DNA of 64,000 nucleotides from Elusimicrobiales bacterium (GTDB lineage: Bacteria > Elusimicrobiota > Elusimicrobia > Elusimicrobiales > UBA9959). Below, piece by piece: positions 45,706 to 54,758 of the stretch. The stretch spans positions 398,583-462,582 of the forward strand of contig JAQTOU010000002.1 of assembly GCA_028713125.1 (NCBI GenBank). The letters are read 5' to 3'. The notes below the pieces were generated by a model that saw nothing but the letters and a program-made list of their open reading frames with translations, ran no database searches and was not told where the DNA came from. The number at the start of each line of letters is the position of its first letter. The stretch's first letter is position 1. The translations under genes were made by a program, and so were the position numbers.

Positions 45706-48700
45706 ATGAGCTCATTCACCAAAATAATCCTTGCGGCGGTCCTGTTCGCCGCTTCTTCTGGCTTGGTCTCGGCGGCTCCTCCCACGCTGAAGGTTCATAT
45801 CCAAAAATCTGACTTGAGCCCCGTCCAGTACGTGACGGTCGCCGCGATAGAATTCGGCATGAACGGCCCTTCGACTTACACCCAAGTAGGGCTTACCGAC
45901 ATCGGCGGCGATGTGACCTTTACTCTCTCCAGCGGAACATACGGAAGGAGCTATAACCTCTACTACAGCTCCCACGGCTTTTCTCCTTCCATCTCCGATC
46001 AGTTCAATAACCCGGAATACGACCCTAACAGGTATGTGTGGGCTATGGGTTCTCAGGCGTATTTTTCCACTTTTACTATAACCCAGCTCGCTCCGTCCGA
46101 AGTAGGCGGAAGGCTGATACAGCAGTTTATAGGCGCTTCTACGGGTACGGTGCTGTTCGGCGGCGTTTACAATATGGTCTCCCAGATGCAGGGTGGTTCG
46201 GGTATTGTTCTTACAAATTCCGTTGCCGGATCCACCGATACCCTGGTGGTTGATAACGTGCCGTTCGCTGACGCTAACACTTACAATATCGGCCTTTACG
46301 ACCCGAAAAAGAATAAAGGTATCGGCCGAAACGTTATGACGGCCTTGAGCGCGGGGACTCCCGTGATCGCCTATCTTGCCGCCAGCAATGCCGCCCTTAA
46401 CTTTGACCAGTCGGTCCCCCCTGCCAGGGTAGAAACCAAGACGCAGCAGGGCGGGGAACCTACCGCCGGCGCGAGCGTAGAGGGCGTGCTGATGAGCACC
46501 AATTCCACGCCTATAGGCTATATGGGCCTTGAAGTGAAAGGCTGCGGCGGGTCGTACAATTGGCAGACTTGGGCGCATGCCGACCAGAACGGCCGCTTCC
46601 AGCTTTACGGCCTTACCCCCGGCGTCACCTACTACGTCAACGCCATGGGCGGCTGCACCTGGAACAATGACACGCACGAAAGCAAATGCTATGCACCTTT
46701 CAGCAGCCCCAATTATAAATTGAACGATATGTGCACCGGGGTAGATAATTCCCTGGCAACGCCGAATGACATCGTTTACAGCGTGGCCAACAGTTCGGAA
46801 GTTATATATAAGATAATTACCCTTGATGAAATGCCCAGGAGCATAGGGCAGATCCGTGTTTACGTCAGGTCCACCTCGGGCGTCCCGATGCCCAATTCCA
46901 ATGTGAATATAAACCCGGACGGCTCGCCGTGGCCCAATAACCCGACCAGCTGCCAGAGCACCAACTTCTTCAATAACTATAGTTCCAGCGCCGGTTACTC
47001 CAACCTTAATGTAAATACCTCTGCCACCGGCTACGCCCTTTTGGACGGGCTGCCCAGCGGTAACTACACCCTGAACGTAAATACTCCTTTCTCTAATAAT
47101 AGCGGCGGCCCTTCCGCGCCCTTCAACGGGAACGGCGACGACTTTACCGCCTTCGGCATGAATGGCGGCGGCCCCGGGATGGATTGGACCCAGGCCCACT
47201 GTTCCGGCACCGGCAAGAACGATTACCGTATTACCATTGATACCGACCCGGTCACCAATGGCGGGCAGACTTTCCATATTTACAATAGCAGCGGCAGCCA
47301 CGTTCAGTTCGCCGCCGGCGGCGCTATCGTAACCGATGGAAGCGGCGTCAATATGTCCTCTATTACCTATATAGTGGAAGCCGGCGCCATCAATATGTCC
47401 GGACTGGTCAGGGGCACGCTCCGTTTCCCCGGTATAACCGATCTCAGCAACAACCCGGTAACGATATCCGTGTTCCCGCAGTGCATGAATATGGGCCCCG
47501 GCAGCAGCTGCCCTCCCGGCAACTTATATTCCGAGGTCCGCAGCGGAGCAAGCAGCTACGATTACTCCATAAATGTCTCCAGCGGCTACTCCTATTATAT
47601 GAATGTGACCGCCAGCGGCTGGGGCCGCGTAAACCGCGGCGGGGGTAATAATAATATCAACCTCGCTTCGACCGGTACGGCCGTAGTAGACATGGACTTC
47701 GTCCCGGCCGGCTCGATCTCCGGAACCGTTTATAAACCCGGCGGGACGGAGATCTTTACTCCATCCTCCAACCAGTGGGTCTGGATAGACGCTAACAGCA
47801 ATAACGGCTGGACCGGCACGCAGCTTCAGAAGGACGGGACTTTCGCCATGAACGACGTCCTGCCCGGAGTGAACCGGATCAGGATAAACGTCAGCGGCGG
47901 CGGTCCGGGCGTTACCACTTTTAACTACGCCCTTCCGAATCCCGCTCCTTCCGTTATGGTTACCGCGAACTCTTCGACCACGCTTAACCTTAACCTTGTT
48001 AAGGCCAATTATGTGGGCGTCGATGTTTTCATATCCTCTTTGCCGGCGCGGAGCATGATGAAAACCGGCAGGGAAACCGTGCTCGGGTTCAAGGTAATTC
48101 CCCTGCCTTCCGGCACCGTGCTTAAGGGCGAAACTATAGCCAAAATGCTTACCGGCGGAGACGAGGAAGAGATGCGTATGAACTATTCTTCCGCGACCCT
48201 CCCCGGCGATGAGACCGGGCGCTGCGGCAGCCCCTGGCCCGGCGGTTTCTGCGCGATGAGTTTCCCGTCGCCGGCTGTTTATGACTTCTACCTGATGCGC
48301 GCCGGCGATATGGGCAAAGGGGAAGGAGCCTCGGCTGACAGCCCTTATCCTCACTTCACGCTTATCAGTTCTTCCAAGAACGTTGTGATAGATGACGCCC
48401 ATGCAAAGGGCCTCGTTCGCCCCGGGCAGGGCGTAGGTTTATCCAGCGGCGTTGTTGTAAATCTTACCCCGTCTACGAACCAGCATGACAGGGGCAATGC
48501 GACCCTTGCCGGGCGCGTCACTGCCGCGAACTTCTTCAGGAAAACGGACTATGAAGCCACCGGCGGAGACTTCGAGAACTTTGTAAAGTATCTCCCTGTC
48601 CTTTCGCTCTACGACGCTAACGGAGTTTTTGCCGCGGCGGGCGTAGTGCTGCCGCCTCCCGACTATATAGCCACGCATGACCTGAACAACGACTTCCAGA

Positions 48701-50715
48701 CCAAATACGCCGAGAGCTACGAAGCGTTCTCAGCGCTATTAGGCGGATCTCCGACCGGCTACGGCTTCGAGATCCGCGCGCTTGCCCCGTCGACCTGTTA
48801 TACCGCAGTACTGACTACCCCCAACTACCCGCCCTACCAGGAAAAGGTCTGTATGGGAGTTAACGGTTCGACAAAAACAGTGACCACCATAAACATGGAT
48901 ACCGCTGTGGGCGCGGGCGCCACGCTTTCGGGCGTGGTGACCACCACCGGAACTCCGGTGAAGCTGGCCAATGCCGAGATACAGATCTCCGGCGAAGGCG
49001 TAGATACCCGGTCGGTAGTTACCAGCTCGGTCGGCTACTACAAGTTCGAGGGTCTGCCCGAGGGCGCGGTAAGGATAAAGGTTTCGCTGAGCGGCTACTC
49101 CGCGAGCGAAGCCGAGGAAAGCCTTGTCGGCCATAATACCTATACGCAGAACTTCGCGCTGTTCCCTGCCGACGGCTCAATAACCGGCACGGTCTACTCG
49201 CAGAAGCTGCCTTTCTCCAAGGTACAGCCGGGAGCCATCATAGTGGCCTATGACGATACTTATAACGTCAATAACCCGACCAAGCCGCTGCCCCTGATGA
49301 AGACCATGACGGGCTCGGACGGAACGTACAAACTGGAAAACCTGATCGCCGGCGACGTCTATAAAGTGTTCCTTAAAGTCCCCGGCAAGTATACGCTGAA
49401 CCAGACGACTACGGCCGCGGCCGGTATTGTCGCCGGGGTTGACTTCACCATGCTGGCGAAGCCCCTGGACCTGGAGATATTCGCCAAAAAGGTCGGCGAT
49501 GATGCCACGGGCTCTTATGAGTTCACGGTACTCAACCCGCAGGACTTCAAGCAGGGCGAGGCAAGGTGGGCGCCCCAGACCGGTTTCTCGTTCGGCGCGG
49601 CTACCGTGCTCAACCTGGAGAAGCTCTCCAGCGGCGAACTGCGCGGCTCGATACCGCTTAGCTCGCTCGCCTCTAACATAACTTACATCCTGCAGGGCAA
49701 TGCCACGTCTTATTCCAATAAGACCGTTTCCAGGCAGATCCTGTTCGGTAAAGCCTACAAAGGCAGCGCCGAGCAGCATATCGACGACACTATCCTGGGT
49801 GACGACTCCGACGACGGTTTCGGCCGCAAGAGCAATGAGGCCCCCATGGATAAGAGCGGTGACGACGCCTCGGCCCTGATGTTCCCGGCCGGCGCTGTGC
49901 AGGTGATCTCTTCCGGGGCGATCCCGACCTGCTCTTTCAAGGGCGAGGGCAAGGATTCCCCCGCGGTGGCCGATAAAGTAGCGGCGCTGGGCGCGGACGC
50001 CTTCGCCGGCAACCTTTATACCGTGGACATGACCAGCGCGGTCATCAATACCGGCAAGGAAATAGAGCTGACGCTGGCTTATGACAAGAGCACGTCCAAC
50101 CTTAACGACCTGTCAGTGTCTCAGTATAATGACACCACCGCCAAGTGGGAACAGGTCCCCGGCGTGGCTACTATTAACCCGGTGAAAGGCACGGTGAAAG
50201 TAAAGCTCAAGAAGCTTGCCTCGGTGCTTTCCAGGCCTAACGGCTATGTGAGCGTCTCCGATGGCCGTCAGTACGTGGTGAGGCCGCAGTCGGGCGGGAG
50301 CAGCAGCTCCGCCGGCACGTTCGCGGTGGTCAGGCCCTCCATCGCCGGGAACGCTTTCGCCGGCAAAAAGATAAAGGTGTTCAACTACCCGAACCCCTTC
50401 AACCTGAAGGACAAGGCCATCTCCAATAATAACGGCGCGGCCCTGCCCGGCACGGTCAACGGCACGGTGATACACGTAGAGGTTCCCGCCGGTAACGGCG
50501 GCGCGGGCCATGTGAAGATCTACACCCTGTCCGGCGAGCTTGTGAAGGATATTAAAGTGGACTTCACGGACGGCGCCTACAACTACGTGGGCTGGGACGG
50601 CCACAATGCCGGCGGCCAGGAAGTCGCCAACGGCGTGTATTACGGCGTCGTGGAGATGTCCGGCAAGTCCGTCAAACGCGAAGACGCCACCTTCAAGATG
50701 GCCGTGATAAAGTAG
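45706..50715 (+). CDS. giant secreted surface protein with CarboxypepD_reg-like beta-sandwich repeats and a T9SS-type (FlgD-Ig-like) C-terminal domain
   Basis: 1669 aa; signal peptide MSSFTKIILAAVLFAASSGLVSA; several modules of the type G.V....G.P...A.I......T.SDG.Y.L..L..G.Y.V (e.g. GVVTTTGTPVKLANAEIQISGEGVDTRSVVTSSVGYYKFEGLPEGAVRIKVSLSGY); S/T/N/G-rich. Confidence 0.8.
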   Translation: MSSFTKIILAAVLFAASSGLVSAAPPTLKVHIQKSDLSPVQYVTVAAIEFGMNGPSTYTQVGLTDIGGDVTFTLSSGTYGRSYNLYYSSHGFSPSISDQFNNPEYDPNRYVWAMGSQAYFSTFTITQLAPSEVGGRLIQQFIGASTGTVLFGGVYNMVSQMQGGSGIVLTNSVAGSTDTLVVDNVPFADANTYNIGLYDPKKNKGIGRNVMTALSAGTPVIAYLAASNAALNFDQSVPPARVETKTQQGGEPTAGASVEGVLMSTNSTPIGYMGLEVKGCGGSYNWQTWAHADQNGRFQLYGLTPGVTYYVNAMGGCTWNNDTHESKCYAPFSSPNYKLNDMCTGVDNSLATPNDIVYSVANSSEVIYKIITLDEMPRSIGQIRVYVRSTSGVPMPNSNVNINPDGSPWPNNPTSCQSTNFFNNYSSSAGYSNLNVNTSATGYALLDGLPSGNYTLNVNTPFSNNSGGPSAPFNGNGDDFTAFGMNGGGPGMDWTQAHCSGTGKNDYRITIDTDPVTNGGQTFHIYNSSGSHVQFAAGGAIVTDGSGVNMSSITYIVEAGAINMSGLVRGTLRFPGITDLSNNPVTISVFPQCMNMGPGSSCPPGNLYSEVRSGASSYDYSINVSSGYSYYMNVTASGWGRVNRGGGNNNINLASTGTAVVDMDFVPAGSISGTVYKPGGTEIFTPSSNQWVWIDANSNNGWTGTQLQKDGTFAMNDVLPGVNRIRINVSGGGPGVTTFNYALPNPAPSVMVTANSSTTLNLNLVKANYVGVDVFISSLPARSMMKTGRETVLGFKVIPLPSGTVLKGETIAKMLTGGDEEEMRMNYSSATLPGDETGRCGSPWPGGFCAMSFPSPAVYDFYLMRAGDMGKGEGASADSPYPHFTLISSSKNVVIDDAHAKGLVRPGQGVGLSSGVVVNLTPSTNQHDRGNATLAGRVTAANFFRKTDYEATGGDFENFVKYLPVLSLYDANGVFAAAGVVLPPPDYIATHDLNNDFQTKYAESYEAFSALLGGSPTGYGFEIRALAPSTCYTAVLTTPNYPPYQEKVCMGVNGSTKTVTTINMDTAVGAGATLSGVVTTTGTPVKLANAEIQISGEGVDTRSVVTSSVGYYKFEGLPEGAVRIKVSLSGYSASEAEESLVGHNTYTQNFALFPADGSITGTVYSQKLPFSKVQPGAIIVAYDDTYNVNNPTKPLPLMKTMTGSDGTYKLENLIAGDVYKVFLKVPGKYTLNQTTTAAAGIVAGVDFTMLAKPLDLEIFAKKVGDDATGSYEFTVLNPQDFKQGEARWAPQTGFSFGAATVLNLEKLSSGELRGSIPLSSLASNITYILQGNATSYSNKTVSRQILFGKAYKGSAEQHIDDTILGDDSDDGFGRKSNEAPMDKSGDDASALMFPAGAVQVISSGAIPTCSFKGEGKDSPAVADKVAALGADAFAGNLYTVDMTSAVINTGKEIELTLAYDKSTSNLNDLSVSQYNDTTAKWEQVPGVATINPVKGTVKVKLKKLASVLSRPNGYVSVSDGRQYVVRPQSGGSSSSAGTFAVVRPSIAGNAFAGKKIKVFNYPNPFNLKDKAISNNNGAALPGTVNGTVIHVEVPAGNGGAGHVKIYTLSGELVKDIKVDFTDGAYNYVGWDGHNAGGQEVANGVYYGVVEMSGKSVKREDATFKMAVIK
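50368..50712 (+). other. C-terminal sorting-type domain (T9SS type-A CTD / FlgD Ig-like pattern)
   Basis: KIKVFNYPNPFN....HVKIYTLSGELVKDIKV......YNYVGWDGHNAGGQEVANGVYYGVVEMSGKS...FKMAVIK matches the YPNPF ... IYd..G..V ... WDG.n..G..v.sGVY pattern of Por-secretion C-terminal domains. Confidence 0.6.
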
Positions 50716-50741
50716 GACCAGATTAAGACTGAGGAGAGACT

Positions 50742-51650
50742 ATGAAATATAAAATATGGCTTTCAGCGGCTTTAATGCTGGCAAATACGGCGGCTTACGC
50801 CTCCGGCCCCGGGACCACCGGCGCTGCGTTCCTCAAAGTGGGAGTGGGGGCCAGGGAACTGGCCCTCGGGTCCGCGGCGAGCGTGCTTACCGAGGGCGCG
50901 AACGCGGCTAACTGGAACCCCGGCAAACTCGCCGAGGTGAAGGGCAAGAACCTGAGCGCGAGCTACAATATGCTCTTCATCGACGAGTCTCAGGGCGCGC
51001 TCGCCTACGCTACCCCGCTCAGCGGCGGGAGCGCGGTGGTCGGCGCGGGTATCAACTACCTGACCGTCTCGAATATCGAAAAGCGGGCCAGCGATACCAA
51101 TACCCCTGATTCGAAGTTCAGCAATAATAACATGGCCTTCACTCTGTCCTATGCCCGGCCCGAAGTAAAGCCCGGCCTGGCCCTGGGCGCGAACCTGAAG
51201 TACATCTCGCAGAAACTGGACACGGCGGACGATAAAGCCATAGCGCTGGACCTCGGCTCCACCTACAAGGTTAACGACACCTGGACCGCCGCTTTCGTCA
51301 TGCAGAACCTTGGCAGCAGCATAGGTCCGGATAAACTGCCGCTTACCTTCAAGGGCGGCGCGGCCAGGAGTTTCCTGGACGGGAAGCTGGCCGCCGGGGC
51401 GGACCTGGACTGGCTGGCCCAGGACGAGCGGTTCTACCTGTCTTTGGGCGGGGAGTACCTGCTGAACAAGAATTTCGCCTTCAGGGCGGGCTACCAGTTC
51501 GGCCACAGCGCGGATAAGCTGGGCAGCGGCCTGGTGGGGCTCGGCGCAGGCATCGGCCTCAAGTTCGACCGCTTCGCGCTCGATTACGCCTATGTGCCTT
51601 TCGGCGACCTGGGCGATACGCACAGGATGACGCTTGGATTTAACTTTTAG
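50742..51650 (+). CDS. PorV/PorQ-like (UPF0164-like) outer-membrane barrel
   Basis: 302 aa; signal peptide; GPGTTGAAFLKVGVGARELALGSAAS......NWNPGKLA N-terminal signature; C-terminal ..HRMTLGFNF; starts 27 nt after the CTD-bearing gene. Confidence 0.7.
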   Translation: MKYKIWLSAALMLANTAAYASGPGTTGAAFLKVGVGARELALGSAASVLTEGANAANWNPGKLAEVKGKNLSASYNMLFIDESQGALAYATPLSGGSAVVGAGINYLTVSNIEKRASDTNTPDSKFSNNNMAFTLSYARPEVKPGLALGANLKYISQKLDTADDKAIALDLGSTYKVNDTWTAAFVMQNLGSSIGPDKLPLTFKGGAARSFLDGKLAAGADLDWLAQDERFYLSLGGEYLLNKNFAFRAGYQFGHSADKLGSGLVGLGAGIGLKFDRFALDYAYVPFGDLGDTHRMTLGFNF

Positions 51651-51761
51651 TCCGTAGTTTGGCGGCAGCAGGCAGGTTTCCCGCGCTTTCCCTTAAAGGG
51701 GCCAGTGCGGGATTCTGCCGTTCAGGGTCTGGATTCTAACTCAATAAATATAGGACAAATC

Positions 51762-52985
51762 GTGAAAAAAATATTACTTTCAGCGCTTTTGCTCGCGCCG
51801 GCCTGCGCCGGGGCCAAAGGTTTCGAACTCCAGGGCAAGCTCGATCTTTTCGGGGGCCAGTACTTTTTTCAGAACCAAAACGGAGCTTTTAACGGCTACG
51901 GCGTGCTGGACGCCCAACTGGCCAAAAGCCAATCGTCCAGTTCCGGTTATTTCATCAGCCTCCGTTCGATGTACACCGGCTTCAAGCAGGTGAACGAACT
52001 GGCCGGCGGCGGAACGCTTTTCCAGCAGAGCCTGGACAATTCCCTCGGCTTCAAATGGATAAGGCGCTATGAAGGCGGCTATTCCTTCAAGCCGCGCGTC
52101 GGGATAAAGAGCCAGCTTTTCAGGGAGACCAAGGACGAGAAATGGGGCAAAGGCCTTTACGACCTTACCCGCTACGAGGCCGGCCTGACGCTGGAGCGCA
52201 AGACGCGCCTCGGCCTGTCCACGCCGTGGATCTACCAGTTCTCCTGGGACGTCTATTATAACCGCTATACCCGCTTCAAGACCCTGGCCAGCCAGTACGG
52301 GCAGGAACTCGCCGCGCCCAATCCCGGCAGCCGTACCCTCGACACCGTCACCAACCAGTTCTCTTACGACAGCGAGTTCGACCTGCCGAACTTCGTCCGC
52401 CTGGACCTCTTCGCAGCCGTATCCCTGGTCGGCTACCAGGACCAGAAAGTCATAAACGCGGACGGCAACTACCTCTCCTCCATGCGCTCGGATTCCTACC
52501 AGGCGCTTAATGTAGGGCTCAGCAAGCGCTATAACGATATAGACTTCCTCGGAGGGGTGCGCCCTGTGATGAGCGTCCGCCTCGGCCTGGCCAATAATTT
52601 CTCCAACCAGAGCCACCTGGATACGGACCCGGCCCACCTCAGGTTCACGCGCGCTTATTACGATTACTGGGAGGAGCGGCTTTCTCCCGGCGCCCAGTTT
52701 ACTTTTATAGATTCCGGCCTCATCGCCCGCCTGAATTATGAATTCGCCATCCGGCGCTATACCGGCAGGCTGGCCCAGAAATCAGACGGCGCTTACAGCC
52801 GCGACAAGCTCGGCCAGTATTCGGGGAGCTTCACCGCCGAAGCCGCCTACCCGCTGTTCCGCCACATTGATATCAAGCTTCAGGGCACCTGGGCGAACTC
52901 GAGCTCCAACAACCACTACGAGCAGGTCTACCGGTACAATTATTACAGTTCGATGTATTTCGCGGGTCTGGAATGGAGGTTTTAA
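51762..52985 (+). CDS. putative outer-membrane beta-barrel protein, uncharacterised family (paralog 2 of 3)
   Basis: GTG start at 51762 (VKKILLSALLLAPACAGA signal peptide) preferred over the ATG at 51705; ETKDEKWGKGLYDLTRYEAG aligns with ETKDEKWGDGLFDYTTLSFG in the ORF at 56237; ends ..YFAGLEWRF. Confidence 0.55.
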   Translation: MKKILLSALLLAPACAGAKGFELQGKLDLFGGQYFFQNQNGAFNGYGVLDAQLAKSQSSSSGYFISLRSMYTGFKQVNELAGGGTLFQQSLDNSLGFKWIRRYEGGYSFKPRVGIKSQLFRETKDEKWGKGLYDLTRYEAGLTLERKTRLGLSTPWIYQFSWDVYYNRYTRFKTLASQYGQELAAPNPGSRTLDTVTNQFSYDSEFDLPNFVRLDLFAAVSLVGYQDQKVINADGNYLSSMRSDSYQALNVGLSKRYNDIDFLGGVRPVMSVRLGLANNFSNQSHLDTDPAHLRFTRAYYDYWEERLSPGAQFTFIDSGLIARLNYEFAIRRYTGRLAQKSDGAYSRDKLGQYSGSFTAEAAYPLFRHIDIKLQGTWANSSSNNHYEQVYRYNYYSSMYFAGLEWRF

Positions 52986-52988
52986 ATT

Positions 52989-54617
52989 ATGAAATCCATA
53001 TACTTTTTCACCGTCCTTTTTTTAGCCGCGCAGACCGCGAGCGCCTCCGCTCCCAGGGAAATAGTATTGGTTCCGGAAGGCGCCGTTGAAGCCCGCCAGG
53101 GAGCTGCCTCCGCCTGGGCCCCGGTCCAGGGCCGGACCAGGCTGGCGGAAGGCTCCGAGATCCGCACCGGCAAAAATTCAAAAGCCGCCGTTTTCTTTTC
53201 TGACGGCTCCACTTTCCTTCTCGGCAACAGCAGCATTTTCGCCGTAGAGGACACCAGCAAGAAGAAAGCCGGCTTCAGCCTTAAGGTAGGCCGCCTCAAA
53301 GCCATCGTTTCCGGCTATTTCGCCAGCCGTTTCCAGGTGCGCACCCCGGCGGCCGTTTGCGCCGTGCGCGGCACCGAATTCGATATCGAAGTGGGCAAAG
53401 ACGGCGCCACCGGGATGAACGTCACCGAAGGCCTCGTGGAAGTGAACGATTCCAAGGGCGCGATGGCCGTGGTTTCTTCGGAAGAAAAGATAAAGATAGG
53501 CATGGACGGGATGTCCAGGCCGGAAGGTATTTCGCTTAATGACGAGCGCGCCGGCGAGGCCGCCCGCCCTATGGCCGTGCGCCAGGAAACGGCCCGCGAG
53601 CGCACCCGCACCATGCTGGAAGAGCTGCGCAACCGCGAGCTCAAGGCCAATGAGTCGCAGCTGGGCAAAGATTCCATAGACGCTTTCGGCCGCCGCGTGC
53701 GCCTCGAGGAATACCTCCTGAGGCCCAGCGACAGCGAGTTCAAACTTCTGTTCCTGAGCCGCCGCGAGGAGTCCCACAGGCTTGACTGGGGCCACCTGAT
53801 AGAGCGGTTCAACTCAAAGATCCCGGACGATATCAACGAAGTGGGCAAGGTGATAGACAGCATGTATTTCTCCGCTACCGCCCCGACCAACTGGATGAAA
53901 TATTTCGAAGTCTATATGACCAATACGGTGGACAGCATAAAGGAAACCATAGACTTCACCGCGCCCGTAGCTATTAACTTCGCCGGCTACGGAGCCGGAA
54001 CGCGCTATTATCCCGGCTCCATAGACTACAGGCAGATCCTTTCCGGGCCCGGGGTGGCGGTGGCTGCAGGCGCCGGCTCGCTCACTAATACCGGCCTGAC
54101 CTCGCTGGCCGCTGACGAGCGCGTCCAGTTCAGGCAGATACAGGACTACAATACCACTACCGCCGGCCAGTTCACGTTTACCCAGAAAGTCGTGAACGCT
54201 TCCGGTATCCTGAACGATATGTACCAGGTTACTTTGAACCAGGCCAGCCTGGCAGATGTAGGGGCAGGCGGGACAGCGACTCTTTATAACGCCGCTATAG
54301 ACCCGGAAGCCCTTACGCCGGCGTACAGCAACTACCCGAGCGGCCCCGGGAAAGCGGACTTCCTCGCTTACTCGCTCTACGCGGACGGCTCTTCCGTTTC
54401 CTCGCGCAAACTGCTGGTGTCGAACGAAGGGGATATCCTTAATATCGGCGGCTCGGCCAACTCGAACACTTTCCTTAAAGAGGGCAGTTTCAACCTTGAA
54501 CTGGTTTTAGGTTCCAGCCTCTTCCAGGGCCGGAACATAGATATTCTGTTCGCCCCTGAAATACTTACCCAGAAGAAGGACGCGACCACGACAGCCGACA
54601 GTTTTGCTATAAATTAG
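52989..54617 (+). CDS. secreted FecR-domain protein (paralog 2 of 3)
   Basis: 542 aa; signal peptide MKSIYFFTVLFLAAQTASASA; FQVRTPAAVCAVRGTEFDIE; DAFGRRVRLEEYLLRP; C-terminal GRNIDILF. Confidence 0.7.
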   Translation: MKSIYFFTVLFLAAQTASASAPREIVLVPEGAVEARQGAASAWAPVQGRTRLAEGSEIRTGKNSKAAVFFSDGSTFLLGNSSIFAVEDTSKKKAGFSLKVGRLKAIVSGYFASRFQVRTPAAVCAVRGTEFDIEVGKDGATGMNVTEGLVEVNDSKGAMAVVSSEEKIKIGMDGMSRPEGISLNDERAGEAARPMAVRQETARERTRTMLEELRNRELKANESQLGKDSIDAFGRRVRLEEYLLRPSDSEFKLLFLSRREESHRLDWGHLIERFNSKIPDDINEVGKVIDSMYFSATAPTNWMKYFEVYMTNTVDSIKETIDFTAPVAINFAGYGAGTRYYPGSIDYRQILSGPGVAVAAGAGSLTNTGLTSLAADERVQFRQIQDYNTTTAGQFTFTQKVVNASGILNDMYQVTLNQASLADVGAGGTATLYNAAIDPEALTPAYSNYPSGPGKADFLAYSLYADGSSVSSRKLLVSNEGDILNIGGSANSNTFLKEGSFNLELVLGSSLFQGRNIDILFAPEILTQKKDATTTADSFAIN

Positions 54618-54629
54618 GGAGGAAAGTTA

Positions 54630-54685
54630 CCTTAGTAACATTTACCGTTGGTCATCTTGACATTGGCCGGCTCATATCTTAAGAT
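54630..54685 (+). promoter_or_regulatory. CCTTAGTAACATT box, 14 nt, TTGACA-N17-TAAGAT promoter for the third FecR-domain gene
   Basis: Box at 54630-54642 (11/13 identical to the box at 45556-45568) lies within the palindrome GTTAC-ctta-GTAAC (54626-54639); TTGACA 54657-54662; TAAGAT 54680-54685; AAGGAG Shine-Dalgarno at 54748. Confidence 0.5.
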
Positions 54686-54758
54686 ATGCGCTGAAGCTAT
54701 TGTTTGTTTTTTCACTTATCCCGGGGGCCGGTCAATGGCTTTATTTCAAGGAGTTTCT

